60,349 nt of DNA from a virus (Duplodnaviria; Caudoviricetes): the IMG/VR virus record IMGVR_UViG_3300028844_007041, positions 1-60,349 of that record. The stretch is one strand, 5' to 3'. Below, piece after piece: positions 29,583 to 40,800 of the stretch. The translations under genes and the position numbers were made by a program. The first letter of the stretch is position 1, and each line of letters opens with the position of its first letter. The notes under the pieces are model-generated. The model was not told the origin of the DNA, made no database searches, and worked only from the letters and a program-made list of their open reading frames with translations.

Positions 29583-32500
29583 TTAGAAAACTTGTATTTG
29601 AATCTGTTTTCGAGCAATCGGTAGTCCAATAGAATTCTTAATTGTAACCATTGTATCGATATAGTTTGCGCCAAGTGCATATAATTGGTCATGATTTATA
29701 GTAACTTTAAATACTGCCCACTCACCATTGTATAAATCATTATATGGAATAGGCACTGAAGAACTTGCATGAATTCCAGAATGTGCTTCAATACTTCCAA
29801 AAATTGATGGTGATGAAATATCTGGTTCAAGGTTAAATGTCAATTGATCTTTATAAGTGTCAAATACATCGTTTACTGCTGCCGCAATTGCGGCAGCATC
29901 GGATCCCGTACCTAATGTTGAAACGAGACTGCCGAGATGTTTAGTTTGTTGCATACAAGATGGAACATGATTTTTACTTGCAGCACCTGCGCCTGCATCA
30001 TAAAGAACTAATGCAATCTCATTTGCAATTAATTGATTGATATAAAAGTTTGGATTTGTTGGTTGTTGAACATATGCAGCACCAGACGAACCTCCTTGAT
30101 CTGGTGAATCTGGCTCATCAGAATATAACAGAATCATTTTAAGAGCAGTTGGTCTCCAAGCACCCAATGCACCATTTGCAACTTTTGATGTGATTTCAAA
30201 TTTAGGTTCGGCACCACCACTAGCACTATCTTTATACTTTTCAAGTGCTGTTTTAATCGAAGCACGATTTGCAGTCATTGATGGACCTGTAATTGCTGCT
30301 GTGATTGGTGGCATCGGAGATGTAAATTCAATACCGCTTCCTGGATTCCAATACCATCCTAAACCGAATCGAGCATTTACATTACCACCAGAATCTTCTG
30401 AAAATGCAGCAATGTTATCTAGTGTTTGTGATAATGAATCATAAACTTTGTTTGAGAATCCTGATACATAACTTCCGGAACGGTCAATCAAAAGACATGC
30501 GTCAACTGCAAGACAAATCTGATTAATACTAAATGATATGTAAAAATCAGTTGAACCTCCTGTTGTTGGGCTTCCTGTATTTGGATCTAGACCCGGCCAA
30601 TGAGGACTCTGTGGAGGCACATTGATCGGATCACGAGGAAATACTCTTGCTCCTGTACCACCACCTGATATCGGTCCTGTTTGTGGTATCACAGGACCAT
30701 CAGGAGGTATAGGTCCTGGTGGTGAAATTGGTGCTGGATAACCAATTGGTAATGGTGATAATGATGGTGGCCCTAAAGGTGGTTGCAATGGAGGTAATAT
30801 TGCTGTTGTTGGATATATTCTATACGTTGTCTGTACAGAATTTCCAAATGAATCATATACAACAATATAGTATACACCTTCTGTTGAAAATGTATAGTTT
30901 AAAATACCACCAGAAGGTATAGTACCTGAAACTTGCGGTGATAATACACCTGTTGGTAAATTAAGATGTGTAATAAACCATTTTGCTTCAATCTCCACAA
31001 CCTTTTGATTTACTGTTGGTATATAACCTGTACTATGGTCACCAGTATCAATATCAATTGTAAGTGCCAAATTACGATTGTCTCCTTCGTATGTAGGAGC
31101 ATCCCAAGCCGTTACTGTACTAACATGTGGTGTGATACGAAGATTAAAAAATCGTGGCGTATTGTTTAAAAAGTCTGAGAATTTCAGAGGATTTGAAGGT
31201 GCTGGTAAGTTATCATACAGCCGAGTATCTTGTGTTGCAACACGCATACCACGATACTCACTAAGTTTATGGACACGATTTGCTTGAACATCAGGTGTTC
31301 TTTTTGAAATATAACCATCATGCTGGACGCCATCACCAAACATTGATGCAATTGATTTTCTTTGTGCATGTTCTGAAGAATTGCCTTCAAATTTAAAAGG
31401 TGTTCCTGCTGATGTGCCAACCGGAGTAATTGCAAATCCAGGATCATCAAGTTTTAACATCAACATGTTTGTTGATGTATTGAAACAACTATCAACCGAA
31501 TGAATAAAGAATTGTTTATAACCATTCGGTGGCATTGCAGTAACTGTTGTACTAAAGTTTACTGTCTTCTGTCTTGGTGTTGGTTGTATCCATGCTAATG
31601 AATATGGTGAAGTTGTTGAATACTGTACGAAGGGTGGTGGTGTTTGTGAATTTGTAATAATATATCGAATGATATTTGTTTGATCATCTTTGAGTGTACC
31701 TTGAAGTGTGATACCACTTGCAGTTGTTACGTCTGATGGTTTTGACCATGCTGTATTTGAATTTGTTGCATCACCTGTACATCCTTCACCAAGTATAGAT
31801 AAATTGATTAACTTTGGTCCTTCTCGGTCATCAATCCAAGTAATCTGTGTCGAACGTTTAAACGTTTGAACACCTGAACCACCTTTATATTCATTACGAA
31901 ACCATTGAGAGTATCCAAATGTTGAAACATGGACATATACTGTTTTTAATTGTCCTGCAAATACGGGACCTGAACCCAAAAAATCATATTCAACTACACC
32001 ACTATAATAACTTGTACCTTCTGAAATTGCAGTCCAATCAGAGCCAGTAGCTACAAATTCACCTGTTGCCGGATCATAATCAGGCGCACCAGTTGGCGGT
32101 GTTGCACTTTCTGTCACTGCTACTCCAGTGATTAGATCACCTTGTGTGAATGGTCCTGCTTGACCTGGATATACATTAATAAGCCAACCATTTTTTCTTG
32201 ACCTTGTATATTGTCTTTTATATTGTTCTTCAAATACATCAATATTTGGTGGACCTAACGAAAGTGATGTGTAATCAATTGCAGGTATTGGACTATATTT
32301 GGCAACTACACAATTATTATCTGTTGCTGCCAGATAAACTAAAACATTTTCACAGTTTGTTTCTGCAACTATACATTGATAATTTTGACCGGAACTTGTT
32401 TGCTCACCAATTGATAAATCAAATGGTGTAGTCATGAGAGCAGGATTTGCACCAGCAGTTAATGGATAATGTGGATCACTTTTTGGATGTGGTGATGGTT

Positions 32501-33236
32501 TTGTATTGAAATCAGTTGTCGCATAAAAACCACAAAGTTTTGTTCCTGTTGCAGTTGCTTTCCATTCACCAACGGCTAAAAAAGGACTCACAGTTGAACG
32601 TGCTGACGTTAATAAATCCCAAGTAATTTTTGCTGAATTTATATTGATTGCTAAAAATTCATCAGCTTGATTACCTGCACGGTCAAAGACAGTTACTCTT
32701 ACTGTATGTGTACCAGTTGTACCTGAAGGTAATTGAAAGTTGACCTGCTCATATGCAAAGTCTGTAGGATATACCAATGGATCTGGATAGATATGTGTTA
32801 CAAGATGATCCGCATCCATCCATATTTCGTAACGATCAATTCCTGATCCTGCATCAGTTGCCTGAAATGTTACAGTACATGTTTCACTCATCCAACAAAT
32901 ATAGTTACCATTAAATGTGGTGTCCATTATTGATGGTGGAGTAGTGTCTGTAGTATAGGTTGCATTAGTTGCAATTTTACATTTTGATACAGCACCATTT
33001 GTATCCATCACATAAACATAAAGGTCTGGTCCTCCGCTAACTGCACTTATTGGTACATCAACATAAAATCCTTCTGCACCTGTATAAACATTTACTGGGT
33101 TTGGAGATACAGATGAAATTACTGCCGGCGCTCTTGCTGTATGTGGTGAGCCAGGAGATGGATTTGCCAAATCAGTTAGACGAATAGCTTTTTGCGCACT
33201 ACTTCGAAGATTGTTTATATCAGTATTAGTAGCCAT
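29583..33236 (-). CDS. Multidomain vWA (MIDAS) protein with Ig-like modules and Pro-rich linker (1217 aa)
   Basis: DACLLIDRSGS (DxSxS), GGAEP, ILLYSDEP; DTTPP...DRAGN Ig-like module; Pro-rich linker at about 30585..30800. Confidence 0.75.
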   Translation of the reverse strand: MATNTDINNLRSSAQKAIRLTDLANPSPGSPHTARAPAVISSVSPNPVNVYTGAEGFYVDVPISAVSGGPDLYVYVMDTNGAVSKCKIATNATYTTDTTPPSIMDTTFNGNYICWMSETCTVTFQATDAGSGIDRYEIWMDADHLVTHIYPDPLVYPTDFAYEQVNFQLPSGTTGTHTVRVTVFDRAGNQADEFLAININSAKITWDLLTSARSTVSPFLAVGEWKATATGTKLCGFYATTDFNTKPSPHPKSDPHYPLTAGANPALMTTPFDLSIGEQTSSGQNYQCIVAETNCENVLVYLAATDNNCVVAKYSPIPAIDYTSLSLGPPNIDVFEEQYKRQYTRSRKNGWLINVYPGQAGPFTQGDLITGVAVTESATPPTGAPDYDPATGEFVATGSDWTAISEGTSYYSGVVEYDFLGSGPVFAGQLKTVYVHVSTFGYSQWFRNEYKGGSGVQTFKRSTQITWIDDREGPKLINLSILGEGCTGDATNSNTAWSKPSDVTTASGITLQGTLKDDQTNIIRYIITNSQTPPPFVQYSTTSPYSLAWIQPTPRQKTVNFSTTVTAMPPNGYKQFFIHSVDSCFNTSTNMLMLKLDDPGFAITPVGTSAGTPFKFEGNSSEHAQRKSIASMFGDGVQHDGYISKRTPDVQANRVHKLSEYRGMRVATQDTRLYDNLPAPSNPLKFSDFLNNTPRFFNLRITPHVSTVTAWDAPTYEGDNRNLALTIDIDTGDHSTGYIPTVNQKVVEIEAKWFITHLNLPTGVLSPQVSGTIPSGGILNYTFSTEGVYYIVVYDSFGNSVQTTYRIYPTTAILPPLQPPLGPPSLSPLPIGYPAPISPPGPIPPDGPVIPQTGPISGGGTGARVFPRDPINVPPQSPHWPGLDPNTGSPTTGGSTDFYISFSINQICLAVDACLLIDRSGSYVSGFSNKVYDSLSQTLDNIAAFSEDSGGNVNARFGLGWYWNPGSGIEFTSPMPPITAAITGPSMTANRASIKTALEKYKDSASGGAEPKFEITSKVANGALGAWRPTALKMILLYSDEPDSPDQGGSSGAAYVQQPTNPNFYINQLIANEIALVLYDAGAGAASKNHVPSCMQQTKHLGSLVSTLGTGSDAAAIAAAVNDVFDTYKDQLTFNLEPDISSPSIFGSIEAHSGIHASSSVPIPYNDLYNGEWAVFKVTINHDQLYALGANYIDTMVTIKNSIGLPIARKQIQIQVF

Positions 33237-33243
33237 TTATGTG

Positions 33244-34839
33244 CTAAATTGAAAGTAAGAAATCGTGTGTGCCATGATACATATCAACAATCTCACCTGT
33301 ATAGTCACCACCTGATAATTGTCCGGTCATTGGGCGACCTCTTTCAGAATTATTTTGCGAAACATAGCAATGTAATATTGCAGTATCTTTGTTTAACATT
33401 GCAGTCAATGAACGAAACGCACCGACCTGTTCATCTTCACTTGATGCTTTGTTAAAAAAAGAACCGATCTTTGATAAGTCTGGATCATTTGGTATACTTT
33501 TCATACCTGCTTCAGCAGCACCACCAGTTGCAAACATAAACATTGCTACAGATGGTTTTGCTGCAGCAATAACACCTGCTGCCGTGCCGGTATCACCCCA
33601 GCTTGCACCGTCACTTTGAGATATACACCATTGAATTGATTTTCCTGAACCTTTTGCGTCAGTAGCACCAGTTGTAGTTCTTTCATAAATCGGTGTACCA
33701 CCACCTGCAGGCGCCGGAATTGCTTTCGCCCTTGTTGTTGCACTAACTACTTCATCAATAATAGTACCTGTATGATAATAAGTAATATTAAGAAAGGTAC
33801 CATCTGGAAGTTCACTCAGAAATTTTTGTGTTGCGGTTTGTAGCCACCAACGATAGGTCCCACTCATTGATCCACTATCATCCATTACCATGTAAATTGC
33901 TACATCAGTTGGATTTGGTTTAACATAATATGATATAGCAAAGGGAATCAAACCTCTTTGCATATTACCTGTACCAGAACCTGAAATATGACTACCCTTG
34001 AAGATTGACATCAGTTTTTGCATTGTGCTGTTTGCACCGGTAATTGTATTTGCTGGATTATTTGTTCCATCAAAATTCATGTATGTAGGATTCCATTTCA
34101 AATTCACATCAGTGGGAGTACCATTGAAATATATTCCTGCACCAGTAGATCCTGGTGGACACAATCGTATATTGACTACAGATGGCGGAATAAAAGAATC
34201 ACTAACGTTTAAAGGATTTTCCCAAAGTTCCGAAGCAGGATTTGTAACTGATGTTCCAGGAATAAACTGTGGTCCAGCAGGCGCATTGACCACACGAAAA
34301 CTAAAGGCAGCAGAATGATCTGTATCAACTGCATTTGTTTTTGGAGTTGGAAATGCTGTAGGCCACTCTCCTAATGAATTTGCAATTAACGTATACCAAC
34401 CAGCAGTTGGAAAGGTATGGTTAAATGTTGCTGCCAGAGTAGGTCCTGTTTCAAGACCTGTAATAATTCCAGGTTGTGTATTTTCTCCTTGCAAACAAAG
34501 CCATTGTGAAGTTGCTACAGGCCGTCCATCATCATTCAAATTAAAGTTAATTGTTGTACCTGCTTCAATCATTAATGGATCGAGTGCATCATTTGTAATT
34601 GCATAGTTACCGTCAGGAATTAAATCTGGATCTGAAGAAATCCACAATTGTTCAATACCATGTGTATCTGCTATATTAAGATTTAATCGCAAACGATAAT
34701 TTGAACCATTATTATACAGTGTATCACCTGATGTAAATTGACCTTCTTCAAATACATTTACATAACCATTCGGCACTACAGCATCTTGTGTTGTTGTTAA
34801 ATGTAAATGCTTTCTGCCGTCTCGAGCAAGATTCGCCAT
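33244..34839 (-). CDS. vWA (MIDAS) domain protein (531 aa)
   Basis: DVAIYMVMDDSGSM (DxSxS), GGGTP, ISQSDG. Confidence 0.75.
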   Translation of the reverse strand: MANLARDGRKHLHLTTTQDAVVPNGYVNVFEEGQFTSGDTLYNNGSNYRLRLNLNIADTHGIEQLWISSDPDLIPDGNYAITNDALDPLMIEAGTTINFNLNDDGRPVATSQWLCLQGENTQPGIITGLETGPTLAATFNHTFPTAGWYTLIANSLGEWPTAFPTPKTNAVDTDHSAAFSFRVVNAPAGPQFIPGTSVTNPASELWENPLNVSDSFIPPSVVNIRLCPPGSTGAGIYFNGTPTDVNLKWNPTYMNFDGTNNPANTITGANSTMQKLMSIFKGSHISGSGTGNMQRGLIPFAISYYVKPNPTDVAIYMVMDDSGSMSGTYRWWLQTATQKFLSELPDGTFLNITYYHTGTIIDEVVSATTRAKAIPAPAGGGTPIYERTTTGATDAKGSGKSIQWCISQSDGASWGDTGTAAGVIAAAKPSVAMFMFATGGAAEAGMKSIPNDPDLSKIGSFFNKASSEDEQVGAFRSLTAMLNKDTAILHCYVSQNNSERGRPMTGQLSGGDYTGEIVDMYHGTHDFLLSI

Positions 34840-37800
34840 TTATAGTAATCCAATATGTCTTTTTATTGTTCTCAATTCTTCTTCAAGAAGATCTTGTCTT
34901 ATGTCTTGTTTTTTAATTACTTCAATAAGTAAGGGTATTACCTTTTCATAATTTACTTGATAATGTCCATCTGCATTTTTACGAACTGCCTCAGGTACAA
35001 CTGATTCAAGTTCTTGTGCAATTACACCTACATCATCACCCGTATATCCATGAGGATTATCTTCCTTCCATGTGAAGTGAACACCTCGTAGTCTTTTAAT
35101 CTTATCTTGCGGACGAATATTGTTGATATTCGTTTTAAATCTACCATCAGAAGTTACAAAGCTGATAATATCACCATCAGCAATCACATCACCTTTTGCA
35201 CGAATTGTTCCTGTATCTAAATCAATTGCTGCTTTCGCTGAAGATCCTCCAGCAAATACAATTTGATTTTGGATGTTTTCGGGATTTGTTGATTCACCAT
35301 AACTTTGTAATGAATATGATGGTGAATTAGTTTTGTTCCAATAAATTCCTTCATCTGCTGTTCTTGCTTTTAGCAACCATTTATTTTCATCATTACGATA
35401 CTCGAATAAGTTATCAATGTGACTTTGCTTAACTGTCTTATTTACTAAAATTTCATTAGTATTGATAAGCATATTTTGATCATTATTAAATGAAAAATCA
35501 ATTTGGTCGGCATTGATGAACAACTTACTATTTGGTAATGAATCATTAACACCCCAAGTGTTTGTTCCACTTGTTAATGCACCATAATAAATGTAAGCAT
35601 CTTTTGAATGAGTGTCAACACCATGCCAAACAATATACTTTGTGTTTGGTGTTGGTGGTGTATTTGATGGATTAGGATATTCCCAGTTATCTGATAACTC
35701 ACTATCAGTCAAATGGAATGTTAAGTCACTCTTGATTCCGGGAGGGAAATACATTGGTGTGTAGACTGTTGTATTACCACGAAACTCTGTATTTGAACCT
35801 TCTTTGAATATGATTGTACCTTCTTCAACTGTATGTGAACCTGGACCATAAACTGTTGTACCTTCAATGACAGTATTTGAACCCGGAGCATAGACTGTAT
35901 CACCTTGAACATTTGTAACTGATGTTGTTGTGTAGGTCGTATCACCACCTACAGTAGTTGTTGAGTTTGTTGTATAAGTTGTATCACCATCAACAGTAGT
36001 TGTTGAATCTGTCGTATAAACTGTATCGCCACCAATAGTAGTTGTTGAGTTTGTTGTATAAGTTGTATCACCATCAACAGTAGTTGTTGAAGTCGGTCCA
36101 TAAACAGTATCACCTTCAACATTAGTTGTTGATGTTGTACTGTATGTTGTATCGCCATTTATCTCAGTTGTTGAGTTTGTACTGTATGTTGTCGAACCTT
36201 CAATTGTTGTGTTTGACCCAGGACTATAAACAGTTTCACCATGTATCTCAGTTGTTGAGTTTGTACTATAAGTTGTTGTACCATCAACAGTAGTATTTGA
36301 ACCGGGACCGTATGTTGTCTCACCATGTATCTCAGTTGTTGAATTTGAACTATAGGTTGTCGTACCTTCAACAGTGGTGTTTGAACCTGGTCCATATGTT
36401 GTCTCACCATGAATCTCAGTTGATGAACTAGCACTATAGGTTGTTGTGCCATGTAAGGTTGTATTTGAACCGGGACCGTATGTTGTCTCACCATCAATCA
36501 ATGTGTTTGAAGTCGGTGAGAACCAAACTTCATCATGCATTGAAAGCGGACCATGAAAGTTTGTATTTGATGTTGGTGAGAATACTACTTCAGAATTAAA
36601 TGTTGTATAAGGTCCATTGAATGTTGCGTTTGCAGCAAAGAAAGTATCAACCCAAATGTCAATATGATCTCTCCATGCAGTGTATAGATAATTATCTGAA
36701 GGATCAATATGCTTCAATGTGTATGATACACCATTGAACCCAAGAGATGTGTTACTCGTTGTTGAATCATTTGTGTGCCGCAGAACATTTGTACCTGCAG
36801 TCATTGTTGTCGAAACTACACTTTGATCGAGAAACAAGTCATATACAAAATTGTTTGAATTGTTAAACACATAATTTGTCGAAGGTGTACCAGCATTGTC
36901 AGCCATTGTTAGATGAGCAGACTGATTTTCTCTTCGTATTAATTGCTCAACTCTTTCATTTGCATTATCAAGAACTAACTCATATTCCTCAACATCAACT
37001 GATATTCTTGATTCAGATTTACGATTTGGTATACTTGCATAAAATGTTTTTGAGAAATAATCAGCACCATTTGCAACTGAGATTCGATCAGATACTGTAG
37101 TTTCTGCATCAATTAATACTGCATATCGATTATTAAAATCTTTATTTGATAATGAGATTGTTGATACATCATCTTTTTGAATATCCATTATGTAACGATT
37201 ATATTGATCACCAACTGACATATCAATATTACCTCGAGTCACTCCTTCATCAAGGTTCAGCTGGTAAATATAATTGTTTGCTTGATCAATCTTGTATGTT
37301 GTTTTAGTTGTAGCACCTGCAGGATGAAAGTTAAGTTCTTCCATTCGGTTGTCAACACTAAATGCTTTATATCCTGATTCAATTGAACGATTTAATTCCT
37401 TTTTAATATAATAATTATTTGAACCGTCAATTAAAAATCGTGTATACATTGAAGCATCAAACAGCAACGTTTCTGCTACTTGATTGCCACTATACATCTT
37501 TGAATAAGAAGTTTGATTTGCTCGGTCAAGATGCATATCATATGCATATTCAGTTGGTGTGGCTGTATCTTCCTGTAACTCATATCGACTGCTTGCGGCA
37601 GATTCATTGAGTGTAAGCACACTGTTTTGCTTTTGAGTTGTGAGTTGATTGTATGTTGTTCCCGCAGCAATGTCAAGTTTTGTTTCGTCTTTATATCCAG
37701 ACAACGAATCAATTTTAAATAACGCAAATTGATTTACATCATCCATTGCTAGAATTGAATCTTGACCAGGTGATGTTAATTGCAATAATGATTGTTGAGA

Positions 37801-40800
37801 AGGATTATCAATGTTGATTTGGAAATACTCAATATCGTTTTGAAGTTTTAGTCGGCTTGTATTTCCTGTTTTGTTTGAATCAACAGTGTAGAAATAATTA
37901 TTTGCTCGAGTTTCAAGTAATGCACGTCCTGCACTAATTGAAAGATTAGTCCAATTTGTTGGTGTGAATTCAATTCGATCAACAATGTTTGTAGTTGATA
38001 TTGTCCGCTTTGATTCTTGTCCTGTTGCCAACGAAAATTGATCTTCAGCAATTGTATCTCTCAAAATAAATTCAGCAGATGAATCAGATTGATTGATCAT
38101 TTTTTGCCAGACAGTATTTGCAGTCCGGTCAATATGCTGATGTACTTTTGAATCAATAACTTGCTGAGTTAAATCAAATGTTTGTTCTTTAATGTCAAGA
38201 TTTGAAAAAGTATCAACATGATTTTGCAGATAAATGCCAACACGATGATTGATATTATCCATGTTCAAACGATAAATCTTATCTGGTCTTGCAATTTCAA
38301 ATCCAGAAATACCATTCAAGTTGTCATTGACGAATGACATTGTGTTACCATCACTATCAAGAACAAGTGAGGTGACCATTCCTGTTGGACTATGGTCTGC
38401 TTTTGTTTCAACTTTATAATCTTTTGAGCGCAACCTTGAAATTGCTGGGTTCATTGCAAGCAATTCAAAAGATGACCAACCAGGAACATTCTCACCAATT
38501 AGGTGGACATCATTTGTGTTTGATGTGACTGAGAAATATTGTTGTGATGATTCAGTCTCTTGCAGAATTCTTGACTGGTCTTTTTGAATGTGAAGTTCTG
38601 CTGTCGGTGCTGTATTTGAAACTGCAATTTTATCATGTGCATAAAGTTGATGTACGCCAACTTTTGCTGTAGGATGTCCTGTATTAACACCACCAGCTTT
38701 TCTTGAAAAGCGGAAAGAACCATATTCATGATCGTCATTGCCATTTGGAAAATAAGAAAGTTCACCACGGCTTGATGTTGTACCATGCCATTGTATCACA
38801 GAACTATAATCATTTGGTCCATAAATGATTGTTGATCTTTCACCGGTCTGAATTGTTGTTTGCTCTCCTAGATATAGGTGAACACCATTTGTTCGTGTAT
38901 TCAGAATCATTGCTGGATTGTTGTCATCAGCACTCAAGTACCAAAATGCTTTGTCCGATGCTCCATTCAAGCGTAGTAAGGTTTCTCCATGATATTCGTC
39001 TAGACCATGCTCTGGAATATTTAAAGCGGTATTAAACGATTTTCCAATATCAAATATATCACCATTGTTCACTGTACCGAGAGACCATCTTCTTTGATGT
39101 GCATCATCATTCAGGAATAGAATTGTTCCATGACGATACATCGAATCAGTTGTTGACAATTGAATCAATGGACTTTCTTCTTCAACAACAAGACCACTTC
39201 GTCCACTTGATACTAAAGTTGTGATTGTTCCCATCCGAATGAATGGTTCAATACCATCAAGTATTAAATCACTATCACCGTGAATATTACCAGAAACATC
39301 AAGTTCTTCTGCCGGATTAATTACATTAATACCTACACGATTTGGACGAACATATAAAGTATTTTCTGTAATAAGGTCTTGATCAATAATGACTTCACCT
39401 TTAACGAACAAATCTGTATTCATGGTGATGTCTGACGATAATATTTTAACTTCTGGTGCTGAATTTAAACCACCTACAGATAAATTTAATCCACTTGTTA
39501 AACTTTGCGTTGTAACCTCAAGTGTTCCGAGAGCAGTGTTTGCATCATAAACTAATTGTAAACCAGAACTTGAAATGTCATCATTCAAATCTTTTAACTG
39601 AATGGCCGAAGGTTTTGTGTAGTTATCAGAAGTGATTGAGAGAACTGGCTCATTTTGATATAATTGAAATTGTGTAGTTGGTGCAGTTGTGCCAAGACCA
39701 ACTTTGCCCATATCAGTGATAAAAATACTTTCTTTACCTTGATTGACAAGTGCTGTTTCATGACGGTTTGTCCAGAATGTTGTACCCATGAACAAGCCGG
39801 TTGTATTTTGTGTAGTTAAATCACTGAATGATTCAACTACATTTGTATATGTCCAAGGTGTTGATATCCAACCACGTGTATTTGCAATGATGTCAAGATT
39901 TGATTGTACATATCCGGGTACACCAGAGTGTCTTGCATAATTATCATCAAGGGTCAAAGAACGGAATGTTACGTTTGATGTTTTAGTGAGACTTTGATCA
40001 ACACTAAAATCATCTTCAAGACGAAGTGTAACATCTTGATATGGAATGTCGAGAGTTAATGTATGTGCTGAAGGCGCTTTAAATTGTAAATATTTGTCAT
40101 CAACATCATGTACACGGAAAAAGCCTGCTTCAACATCAGTACCTTTTTGTATAAAGATACCAGAATTTAATGGTGTATATAAATCATTTTTATTGATTAG
40201 AATATTCTTATCTTCAACAACAAGTTCACTCACTTCTAATTGTGTTCGAACACCAAGAACTGAGAGATTACCACGAACAATTAAATCTTCTTCAATATCA
40301 ACACTACCTTCAATGATTACATCTCCCGTTGCCTCAATTGCACCATTGAAAAATGTAGCACCTGTGACATCAAGTCCATCATTTGCAAAAACTTGATTGT
40401 TGAATATTGCTTGACCATTTGCAACAAGTTGGCTTCCTGGTCCAAATGACACTATACTTCCAAACGAAACTAAGTCAGTAAAGTTTGAAGGTCCTGTAGA
40501 ATCAATACCACCAACTGATATAGCACCACCAATTGTTACAGTATCACCAAATAAAACAGGGCCACCAAATGATACGTCAATGTTTGGTCCAAGTTTAAAT
40601 TCAGTATTAGTTAAAACAAAATCTGATTGAACTGTTGCAGGATCTGCATATGGGTTTGAAGTTCCCAATACCATCTCATTCATATAAATTTTGTTAACAC
40701 CTATACTACCGGCTTCATTTCGATATACTAATGTTCTTGGTGTTGACAAGGCAGAAGCTGAATTTACTTCTTTGCGAATCTCATTGTAATTAACTAACCA

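Noticed and set aside
35721-36497. CRISPR array, or the alternative-frame Q/L-rich ORFs over the 42-bp repeats
   Set aside because: The repeats are contiguous, degenerate and codon-phased with no unique spacers; the other-frame ORFs are by-products.
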